In this document: positions 1-9,600 of the stretch, one piece after another
Numbering within the stretch: the stretch's first letter is position 1
Layout of the letters: each line of letters starts with the position of its first letter
DNA from: Nitrosopumilus sp.
GTDB lineage: Archaea; Thermoproteota; Nitrososphaeria; Nitrososphaerales; Nitrosopumilaceae
Assembly: GCA_965219345.1 (NCBI GenBank)
Contig: OZ244732.1
Location: forward strand, 1,120,001 to 1,184,000
Direction: 5' to 3'
DNA length: 64,000 nucleotides
Program-made: the position numbers and the translations under genes
Notes under the pieces: model-generated
The model's input: the letters and a program-made list of their open reading frames with translations, nothing else
What the model was told of the DNA's origin: nothing
Databases searched by the model: none

Positions 1-1
1 A

Positions 2-241
2 AAAAATTACAAGACCACATCAGGCCGAAACCGACCATCTGCAAAATTTTCAATATTAAACGAATACTGCTGGATAATGAAAATGATTGAAAATGATTCT
101 TCAGAGAAATGGATGAAATTATTTGTTATTGGTGAGGACAGAGAGATGCTATTGCAGTATGTAAAAGAATTTGATGCGTGGCTTGATGATATTGAAGTGT
201 ATTATTATTCCTACAAAGGTGGAATTGAAAAGATTCGTTAA
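2..241 (+). CDS. 3' part of hypothetical protein (possibly PD-(D/E)XK nuclease-like), runs off the window start
   Basis: Hand translation, open from base 2: KNYKTTSGRNRPSAKFSILNEYCW...GGIEKIR*. Confidence 0.45.
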   Translation, partial: KNYKTTSGRNRPSAKFSILNEYCWIMKMIENDSSEKWMKLFVIGEDREMLLQYVKEFDAWLDDIEVYYYSYKGGIEKIR

Positions 242-370
242 TCCATTTGATTCGTTTAAAATTGTTTTTTATTTTTTCCAAATAAAATCAAGAGTATTTT
301 GAAGAATATCCATATTGTTATTTGATTTCTTTTTAATTCCCCTATTTAATTTCATTTAGTTTTGATGGCG

Positions 371-1009
371 TCATATTCTGATTTCTCCTGACATTAATTT
401 TGGAAGTAAAATGTCTCGAATTTGTGTCAAATACTGGATTTGTTCATTGTTTTTCCAAATGTTGTAAAATAATGGATCAATAATTTGGTTAAACAAGATT
501 ATTTTTTTAGAAGGAGGAATAATTATTTTGAAAGTATATACATCATCTTTGTTAACTGCACCATACACAGTTCCATCTGATTCAAATTTTTGCCATTCAT
601 TAAATGAATTTTTTAGAAAATAATAAAGAAAAGAACCATGATTGTTTTTTAATCTTAATGATGCTAATCCTCTACCTATACTACATTTTTCTTTAGATAT
701 ATTGATTGCAGCTATTGGAGCCCTTACTGTAAATAAGATATCATTTTTTTCTGCAAATCTTTTCGGAGATGTGCAATAAATTCTAGGAGTTGGAAAAAAA
801 TCCCCAAAATCAGTTTTGCCTTGAAAGAAAACAATACCTTTACCATTTTCATTGTATGAAGTTCCTGGAGGCGATTGACCCATAATAATTTCACAAATAT
901 TCTCTAAATTTCCCACATGCCATGATTTTGGAATTTGTCCTAATTTTGAATCCTCAAACTCTGTAACTCCATCATAGTCAACAAACCATGATTTGAAGAT
1001 TAGGTGATC
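371..1009 (-). pseudogene. hsdS: Type I R-M specificity subunit, C-terminal half (one TRD); silent cassette A
   Basis: Frame extends upstream of the listed ORF to FKSWFVDYDG...GQIPKSW. Contains MGQSP and SIGRGLA and ends LLPKLMSGEIRI. No N-terminal TRD or proper start. Confidence 0.85.
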
Positions 1010-1036
1010 AAGTCAACAAACCATGATTTGTTGACT
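976..1036. repeat. 20-bp direct repeat agtcaacaaaccatgatttg (976-995, 1011-1030); the second copy extends into the palindrome agtcaacaaa-ccatga-tttgttgact
   Basis: Read directly; corresponds to the conserved hsdS SWFVD codons of both cassettes. Confidence 0.9.
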
Positions 1037-1704
1037 ATGAGTTTCCCGACTTGAACGGAAGACCGTACAGGTCGTCAGGCGGGGAGATGATGTGGAATAA
1101 GGTATTGGGAAAAATTCCCATAGATTGGAAAATTAAGAAAATTGATGAAATATGTAATGTTTTTGGAGGTGGAACTCCTTCTACAAAAAATTTTGATTTT
1201 TGGGAAGGTAAAATCAATTGGATAGTGCCTTCTGATCTTACAAAATCTAAAAAAATCTTTATTGATAAATCAGAAAGGAAGATTACGTCAAAAGGTCTAG
1301 AAAATTGTTCATCAAAACTTCATTCGATAAATACCATTTTAATGACTTCAAGAGCAACTATAGGTCATATTGCAATAAACAAAGTTCCAGTTGCAACAAA
1401 TCAAGGCTTTATAGTTGTGGAACCCAATCGAAAAAATATGTTATACTATCTATTCAACAATCTCATTTCTAGAATATCTGAATTTATTGAAAATGCAAAT
1501 GGAACAACATTTCTAGAAATAAGTCGTGGAGTTTTCAGAAAATTACCAATTTTGCTACCTTCAGATAAGATTCTTACTTCTTTTCAGCAAATAGTTGGAC
1601 CTTTATATGATATGATATACACAAACGAAATAGAAATTCAAAAATTGAAGTTGCTTCGAGATAATTTACTTCCAAAACTGATGTCAGGGCAAATCAGAGT
1701 GTGA
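1027..1704 (+). pseudogene. hsdS: Type I R-M specificity subunit, C-terminal half (different TRD); silent cassette B
   Basis: FVDYEFPDLNGRPYRSSGGEM...GKIPIDW, GGGTPST, TSRATIG, TNQGF; ends LLPKLMSGQIRV. In-frame TGA immediately before FVD. Confidence 0.85.
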
Positions 1705-1764
1705 AATTGAAGTGACAGGAGATATTATGGAAATGATTCATGTTACTTTTTTGTAGTCTGAGAA

Positions 1765-2057
1765 CTAGGAATTATTATCTCTGCCATACAAATTCTTGTG
1801 ATCATCTAAATCCAACAAATATACAATGTATTCATCATAGTTTATCAGATAAATCAAGCTGTGTGATTTGGTCATGTGTACTCCAAAACAATTTTTGTAT
1901 TTTCCATGTTTTTTGTTCCTATATCTGCTGGATCATCTGTAGATTCAAGTTCTACAATAAAATTCTTGAACTTTTTAATTAATGGTTTATTGGACTTGAA
2001 TTTACGTAATTTCTTATCTATGGTATCATCATACAGTTGTACTGACCAAGTATTCAA
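1765..2057 (-). pseudogene. RelE/ParE-like toxin, split by a 1-nt frameshift in an A-run at about 1909-1914
   Basis: MNTWSVQLYDD...DPADIGTK continues in another frame as KHGKYKNCFGVHMTKSHSLIYLINYDEYIVYLLDLDDHKNLYGRD; overlaps the stop of the upstream antitoxin. Confidence 0.6.
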
Positions 2058-2659
2058 TCTTGTAAGATCTGGTCAACATGTGAGAGATATTCTGTGGCAG
2101 TGTATTTTTTGCCTCTAGTATTTCCTGATTGAATTGATTCTATTTTTTGCTCAATTGATTGGGTCAATGGTTTATTTTCAGAATTTGATTCATGCGGTAA
2201 TTTATCAGTAGATTTTAAGACATTTTCTTTAATCATACTGTTTATCGTAAATGAAGGGTATGCTTCATAGATATCTCTTAGAATTTTATCTGTTTTTTGT
2301 CTGTTTAGTTCAGTAAATTTCTCATACAAGTTTTTTATCGTATTGGCATATATTTTTGATAATTCGTTTAGTCTTTGTTTGCCTTTAATTTTTAAACTGT
2401 AAGTTGAAATTGTTTTGTTGTCAGTAATTTTTTCCACTTGTAATTGAACCAGATTATCTCTAACACATAGTTTGATATCGCTTGCCAATTCATCACTATA
2501 AGGACCATAATTATGTGCTCTCCAATCAGAATAGAAATTAAGATTTTTTAATTCATTATGATACAATTGTGCAGTCAAAAATCCATATTTTTGCATGCGA
2601 GTACTTCCCTTAATGGTCATATCATTTACCAGTACAATAACACGGTCAAGATTACTCAA
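2054..2659 (-). CDS. SocA/Panacea (DUF4065)-like antitoxin with a C-terminal extension
   Basis: MQKYGFL...HNYGPYS motif and wHTH-like body; directly upstream of the RelE-like gene. Confidence 0.6.
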   Translation of the reverse strand: MSNLDRVIVLVNDMTIKGSTRMQKYGFLTAQLYHNELKNLNFYSDWRAHNYGPYSDELASDIKLCVRDNLVQLQVEKITDNKTISTYSLKIKGKQRLNELSKIYANTIKNLYEKFTELNRQKTDKILRDIYEAYPSFTINSMIKENVLKSTDKLPHESNSENKPLTQSIEQKIESIQSGNTRGKKYTATEYLSHVDQILQD

Positions 2660-2983
2660 TGCTTAACATTTTTTCCTCTTACTGATATTTGAACTAAACC
2701 CTCATTGATAGGCACCTTTACATCAGAAAACAGGATTTGATGACACTCAGTTATTCTCAATTACGATACTGTGTGTTAGTGATTTTATCTGGTTTATTAC
2801 ATCATGGGGTATTTCAGGCAAGCCTAAGTTTAGTTTTCTAAGCATACTATCTAGTCTTGGTATTAATAACATTGTTGTAGGAACTATGTTCTGAATCAGT
2901 GTCAGTGCCTTGCAAGTTTCATAACTTTGAATACTTTGTGAGCTGAAAGTTCGACTGGCTCAATTTCATTCATTTCAATGACG

Positions 2984-3037
2984 TCATACTCTGATTTCTC
3001 CAGACATTAGTTTTGAAAGTAAAGAATCACGTAATGT
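2984..3037 (-). pseudogene. hsdS: Third hsdS remnant (C-terminal 17 aa only)
   Basis: Reverse complement translates to TLRDSLLSKLMSGEIRV*. Confidence 0.75.
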
Positions 3038-3039
3038 TT

Positions 3040-3246
3040 AGTTATCTACACGAGTCTTCAGTATCACGCAACTCACTTGTATTAGATATTAGTGAGATAT
3101 TCAAACCAATGATAGTAGACAAAACTATCTTTAGGATACTAAACAACAAGACAATACGTCCCCAACACTTTGATTCTAAACTAAATGGTGTGCTGTTAAA
3201 TGATGTCGGAAAGAAATTATTTGTAAAAGAGTATGTTGGCGCCTGA
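3040..3246 (+). pseudogene. cas1: CRISPR-associated Cas1 (type I-B-like), fragment of the C-terminal domain
   Basis: SYLHE...SLVLDISEIFKPMIVD...LLNDVGKKLFVKEY carries the Cas1 catalytic H and D/E region; adjacent to a CRISPR repeat. Confidence 0.85.
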
Positions 3247-3247
3247 C

Positions 3248-3343
3248 GTTTGAATCGAACTATTACAGGATTGAAATGTGATTGCGACAGTATCGATTGT
3301 AACTTTGATATTACCTTTTGAATCAAACTATTAGGATTAAAAT
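3248..3343 (+). CRISPR. Relic CRISPR array: 30-bp repeat, 38-bp spacer, degenerate terminal repeat
   Basis: gtttgaatcgaactattacaggattgaaat (3248-3277, canonical ATTGAAA(N) end); spacer 3278-3315; ttttgaatcaaactattaggattaaaat (3316-3343). Confidence 0.85.
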
Positions 3344-3349
3344 ACTGGA

Positions 3350-3541
3350 AAAATCTTAGAAGAAAACAAAATAGAAAAAACTTTTGAGAATGTAGTTGTT
3401 GCACTTCAAAAACTATTCCCAGGAAAAAAACAGTGTGTCGTAGATTTATTAAATGAATCGTGCACCTGTGATGTTAATAAATATAAGAAACTAGTATGTC
3501 AGCATATTCGTGCAGCTAAAATTTATCAAGAAAAAATCTAA
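3350..3541 (+). pseudogene. SWIM zinc-finger small protein, apparently frameshifted at the A7 run (3424-3430)
   Basis: VDLLNESCTCDVNKYKKLVCQHIRAA matches the SWIM CxC-xn-CxH pattern. Confidence 0.55.
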
Positions 3542-3649
3542 CTTTGGTGTTGTTTATTTCATTTCTCCTAAGAATTGTATCAAATACCAAAGTTCCTGTA
3601 GGAAAAATGAAGATCACCTTTAAGGAACATATGAGCTTTAAGACTAGAG

Positions 3650-4053
3650 ATGAAATGCAAGAAAAATAAAATCATGGGAATTCAAGATGTAGCTGACCGA
3701 GTCTGGAAAAAGTATGGAGGACCAAAAGGCCCAGGATTCAATTTGAAATCATTGGCAGATAATATGGCCGGATGGACCGGTTACAGTTATTCTGATTCAT
3801 TAGCAGCTTTGAAAATATCTGCTTACAGAACCTAAAAAAGATTGATTACTTCTGATATAGAATTCTACTAGAAATAGCTCATTGGCCAAATCTGAAAAAA
3901 TACAAAAAATTGACAAAGGATGAGATTATTGGCGAAATAGCTAGTTGGTTTGACAAAGTTGGAACTGATGAATTCAATGATGCTGTGGACCAGGGATTAA
4001 TCCGACAAACTCCAGACAATCCCAAATTATATCAGTTGGCTGAAAGCTCTTAG
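3650..4053 (+). pseudogene. Degenerate hypothetical gene(s)
   Basis: 61-aa ORF followed by a protein-like frame (LEIAHWPNLKKY...LAESS*) with no clean start. Confidence 0.3.
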
Positions 4054-4266
4054 ATAGACCCATGTCTCAGTTGGATAATAGCCAAATCTGAAAAAGAACT
4101 TAAAGAAATTGAGAAAAAACTAAAAGAACAATTTCTAAAACAAATTGATGATTTTCAAAGTGGTAAAACTGAGCAATGGGGTTGTTGGATTTGTGGAGAA
4201 ATTATTACAGACAAAAATGAGCAAATAATTCATAGTAGAGATATTCATGGTGTTTTTTTCAAATAA
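4054..4266 (+). CDS. Small C2H2-type zinc-finger protein (start uncertain)
   Basis: Hand translation: coiled-coil-like segment, then CWICGEIITDKNEQIIHSRDIH. Confidence 0.45.
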   Translation: MDPCLSWIIAKSEKELKEIEKKLKEQFLKQIDDFQSGKTEQWGCWICGEIITDKNEQIIHSRDIHGVFFK

Positions 4267-4603
4267 TTATTCTGATTGTGTGTTTTGAATTATCGTGAGC
4301 CATTTGTTATCAATTCTGCGAAAAACTCAAGCATTAAAAATTGAAAATAATGCAATTATTTAGCCTAGTTTTAACTTCAATTATGCTAGTTAAGAAAAAT
4401 ACTTTGTCTGACATTTAGGACACTTGTATAAATTTCTAGGAAATCTATGACCGCATTCTAGACGCTGTTAAGTATTCATATGAACTGCAGAAGCTCGATA
4501 ATATTTTTGGTAAACAATAACTCCAGCTATGATAATTACAGCGGCAGCAAGAACAAAGACTAAACCATAACAATTCAAAAAAGAAAAAAAGAGCTTAAAT
4601 GTT

Positions 4604-5806
4604 CTACGATTCACTCAGATCTAGCACAACCCACACTCCATCACGTATTGCCCAGACAGCATAGTCTTCTGCCGCAAGATCTCCTGCATCATTAAGTGCA
4701 GTAGAGCCCACTGCGCCAACATGATTATTGGCAACAGACATGATGTTCTCTTTAATCTTATCAGTCTCTGTGCTTTGTGCTGCATCTATGGCAAGACCTG
4801 CAATGAATACTGCATCGTATGAAGAATATGCATAAACGCTAGGACTTCTACCAAGCTGCTCTTTTATGTGATTCTCTACTCTATCTGTTATAGTATTTGT
4901 GGCTGCTGCAAACTGTAAAGTTGTAAAGTCAACGTCTTGTGCAAACTTTAACCCAATAGGATCATCAACTATTTTCTGCTCATTGGTATTTGCATCAGAT
5001 CCAAACCAGCTTACATCATTTAGTATATCATGTGTAGAAGCTGATTGCATAAACTGTAGGCTTTCTGAAAAACCAATTAATAATACGCCAACCTTGTCTG
5101 CACCATATTCTTCCACATATCCCCGTACTTTTTCAGCTAGCAAAGATGTGGATGCTGAAAACTCTGGGGATTCAGGATTATACCGAATTCCTTCATCCGC
5201 TTGATTATTTTCTGTAAATGAGTTAATTGTGGCCTCTTTTAGTCCGTCACCCCAGGTGTCTGCTCTCCATACGGGAACTATCATCTCAATGCCGCGAGAT
5301 TTCATCAGCTCTGCAATTGCAGGACCTTGTTTATTATCATCTGGAACCATTCTATACACATTATCATCCGGTATAGCTAATGATGGTGCCGTACTACAAC
5401 AACTAATTAGTATTATATTGTTTGCAGTAGCATAGCCTATGATATTTCTAATATTAGAGCTAGTTGCAGGACCAACTACTGCATTAACGTCTTTTGCATG
5501 AAGTGATGTTAGTTTCTCTAAAGCAATAACGGGACTGGTCTGTGTATCCTCAACTATTCCATTAATTCTCCAGGACTTGTCATTTTCTTGTAGATACAAG
5601 TTAAAATCATCTATTGCTAATAGTGCAGCAATTCTGTCTTCTTCACCATGACTAGCTAGATCACCAGTTAATGGGAATAGTATGCCAATATCTACAATAT
5701 CTGGCAAATCAGATGTTTTTGTTTCTGGCTCGGAGATAATAAAAGACAATAACATTGATGCAATAACTGCAATAACAATTAGTGAAACTAATAATGTCTT
5801 ATTCAC
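4604..5806 (-). CDS. ABC transporter substrate-binding protein, branched-chain amino acid (LivK/LivJ-like)
   Basis: N-terminal anchor; IGILFPLTGDL, EDTQTSP, VVGPATS and SYDAV motifs. Confidence 0.85.
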   Translation of the reverse strand: MNKTLLVSLIVIAVIASMLLSFIISEPETKTSDLPDIVDIGILFPLTGDLASHGEEDRIAALLAIDDFNLYLQENDKSWRINGIVEDTQTSPVIALEKLTSLHAKDVNAVVGPATSSNIRNIIGYATANNIILISCCSTAPSLAIPDDNVYRMVPDDNKQGPAIAELMKSRGIEMIVPVWRADTWGDGLKEATINSFTENNQADEGIRYNPESPEFSASTSLLAEKVRGYVEEYGADKVGVLLIGFSESLQFMQSASTHDILNDVSWFGSDANTNEQKIVDDPIGLKFAQDVDFTTLQFAAATNTITDRVENHIKEQLGRSPSVYAYSSYDAVFIAGLAIDAAQSTETDKIKENIMSVANNHVGAVGSTALNDAGDLAAEDYAVWAIRDGVWVVLDLSES

Positions 5807-6690
5807 ATAATTTAGAATTTTGCGGAATATAAAATTCTTTTGTAAGAAGGATTGTAAACTATTGAAGAACGTACTTGAATTAGCTTTTATCTATTGAAAA
5901 GCTGTTTCAAAGTATTTTTTAGGCGTGAATTATACAAAATAGAGTTTTACATGAAATAGTTTCTTTCCCTTATATCACTCTCCCTTCTTTTTGTTTTTCT
6001 TCTTCAATGAGATTTTCCATTAATATTCGTCTAAGATATCAAAAACAGTCTTCTTGTTTTTATCAAAGCCATTAAGAAAATCATATCAAAGTTGTTTTTA
6101 AATCTGCTTTTTTGAGGCGTTTTGAATTACAGTAAGAAACTTGTTTTTATCCTCAATTCTTACTTTGCCATGATGATCACTAGGTGGTGCCGTCAAGTTA
6201 TGGTAAGTAACCTATTATTATCTCAAGTTTAAGAAATCTCAAATACGTTTGATTTTATTATATTTTGATTGATATGGGACTCAACTACATATGTTCCAAT
6301 ATAGAGATCATCATCTACAAAAAAACTAAAATTAAATCTACTAGGTTCATCAAAGCATTGCTCTGATTGACCTTCTTCTAATTTTTCCATGTTGCAAGAC
6401 GAGAACTTAAAAAAAAACATTAAAAAATATTGAAAAAATCTTGAAATTATTGTTGATAATGCTGAGGAAGATAGTAATTATTAATCATATTAATTACATT
6501 AATTACATTGGTAAACGATTGCCCGTAAAGGTAATTTGATTAAGAGCCTGAAAATGGTTCCTAATCTTTTTTGTTTTCATATTTCAGAATTAGTTATGTG
6601 TCAGAATTATCGTTAAAAGTTGGATGTTTTTAGACAGCTAACTTTTCCTTTTAAAATATGGTTTATTCAAAATTCATGTAGATATTAGTT

Positions 6691-9600
6691 TTAATTGAAT
6701 ATGGTCATAAAAAAATCAGCTATTTTGAGACCCTGTTTTTTTAATAAATCAAACACCATATCAAAAACATTATCTGGATCTGCTACTGGCTCTGGATCCA
6801 TAACAATAATCTCTGGCTCTGGATCCATAACAATAATCTCTGGCTCTGGATCCATAACAATAATCTCTGGCTCTGGATCCATAACAATAGTCTCTGACTC
6901 TGGTTCCATAACAATAATCTCTGGCTCTGGAGGAGGGGAAATAAATTCTATATGGGATTCAAATGTAACTCCCAAGGGCTCAAACAACACCTTATAACCG
7001 CTACAACTAGATCCAAAAGATACTGGTAGTTCAGCATACCTTGAGCTTCTATCATAAATCTTAACTTTGAGATTACCTGCATCTAAAGGAATACCATCAA
7101 AGGAAAAGGCATAAAACGTGATGGGAATCCGTTGTGTCTTGATATAATTTCCAAAGTCTATATCAGAAGATACATCACTTCCAAAATATCCTGAGATGGA
7201 ATTTGTTAATTCCGCAGACAGGTTATCGCCATAAGTTGAAGCGATAAGCAAAAAGTAGTCATTATTACACTGATCCCACAGCAAAATGTTGGGTGACATG
7301 GTGAAACCCACACCACTTCCACTACTACCTTCATTTCTTGAAGGTTCAGGTGTAGGATCTGGTTTAGGTTTAGATACCGGAACATCTACATTGATAGTTG
7401 ACGCTTCTTTTACACTGTAGCTGTCTGACACTGTTGGGGCATCAGCAAGATTCACAGCTGACATTCCAGTAACGGCGTAGCTGTCTGACACTGTTGGGGC
7501 ATCAGCAAGATTCACAGCTGACATTCCAGTAACGGCGTAGCTGTCTGAAATCATTGGGGCATCAGCAAGATTCACAGCTGACATTCCAGTAACGGCGTAG
7601 CTGTCTGAAATCATTGGGGCATCAGCAAGATTCACAGCTGACATTCCAGTAACGGCGTAGCTGTCTGAAATCATTGGGGCATCAGCAAGATTCACAGCTG
7701 ACATTCCAGTAACGGCGTAGCTGTCTGAAATCATTGGGGCATCAGCAAGATTCACAGCTGACATTCCAGTGGTGGTATAGCTGTCTGAAATCATTGGGGC
7801 ATCAGCAAGATTCACAGCTGACATTCCAGTGGTGGTATAGCTGTCTGAAATCATTGGGGCATCAGCAAGATTCACAGCTGACATTCCAGTGGTGGTATAG
7901 CTGTCTGAAATCATTGGGGCATCAGCAAGATTCACAGCTGACATTCCAGTGGTGGTATAGCTGTCTGACACTGTTGGGGCATCAGCAAGATTCACAGCTG
8001 ACATTCCAGTGGTGGTATAGCTGTCTGACACTGTTGGGGCATCAACACCACTCACAGCTAGCATCTCAGTCACATCATAGGAATCTGACACTGTTGGGGC
8101 ATCAGCAAGATTCACAGCTGACATTCTAGTGGTGGTATAGCTGTCTGACACTGTTGGGGCATCAACACCACTCACAGCTAGCATCTCAGTCACATCATAG
8201 GAATCTGACACTGTTGGGGCATCAGCAAGATTCACAGCTGACATTCTAGTGGTGGTATAGCTGTCTGACACTGTTGGGGCATCAACACCACTCACAGCTA
8301 GCATCTCAGTCACATCATAGGAATCTGACACTGTTGGGGCATCAGCAAGATTCACAGCTGACATTCTAGTGGTGGTATAGCTGTCTGACACTGTTGGGGC
8401 ATCAACACCACTCACAGCTAGCATCTCAGTCACATCATAGGAATCTGACACTGTTGGGGCATCAGCAAGATTCACAGCTGACATTCCAGTGGTGGTATAG
8501 CTGTCTGAAATCATTGGGGCATCAGCAAGATTCACAGCTGACATTCCAGTGGTGGTATAGCTGTCTGACACTGTTGGGGCATCAGCAAGATTCACAGCTG
8601 ACATTCTAGTGGTGGTATAGCTGTCTGACACTGTTGGGGCATCAACACCACTCACAGCTAGCATCTCAGTCACATCATAGGAATCTGACACTGTTGGGGC
8701 ATCAGCAAGATTCACAGCTGACATTCTAGTGGTGGTATAGCTGTCTGACACTGTTGGGGCATCAACACCACTCACAGCTAGCATCTCAGTCACATCATAG
8801 GAATCTGACACTGTTGGGGCATCAGCAAGATTCACAGCTGACATTCTAGTGGTGGTATAGCTGTCTGACACTGTTGGGGCATCAACACCACTCACAGCTA
8901 GCATCTCAGTCACATCATAGGAATCTGACACTGTTGGGGCATCAGCAAGATTCACAGCTGACATTCTAGTGGTGGTATAGCTGTCTGACACTGTTGGGGC
9001 ATCAACACCACTCACAGCTAGCATCTCAGTCACATCATAGGAATCTGACACTGTTGGGGCATCAGCAAGATTCACAGCTGACATTCTAGTGGTGGTATAG
9101 CTGTCTGACACTGTTGGGGCATCAACACCACTCACAGCTAGCATCTCAGTCACATCATAGGAATCTGACACTGTTGGGGCATCAGCAAGATTCACAGCTG
9201 ACATTCTAGTGGTGGTATAGCTGTCTGACACTGTTGGGGCATCAACACCACTCACAGCTAGCATCTCAGTCACATCATAGGAATCTGACACTGTTGGGGC
9301 ATCAGCAAGATTCACAGCTGACATTCCAGTGGTGGTATAGCTGTCTGACACTGTTGGGGCATCAACACCACTCACAGCTAGCATCTCAGTCACATCATAG
9401 GAATCTGACACTGTTGGGGCATCAGCAAGATTCACAGCTGACATTCTAGTGGTGGTATAGCTGTCTGACACTGTTGGGGCATCAACACCACTCACAGCTA
9501 GCATCTCAGTCACATCATAGGAATCTGACACTGTTGGGGCATCAACACCACTCACAACCAGCATCTCAGTCACATCATAGGAATCTGACACTGTTGGAAT

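Noticed and set aside
3040-3246. Casposon Cas1 (casposase)
   Set aside because: It sits next to a canonical CRISPR repeat and resembles type I-B Cas1; no PolB or terminal inverted repeats are visible.
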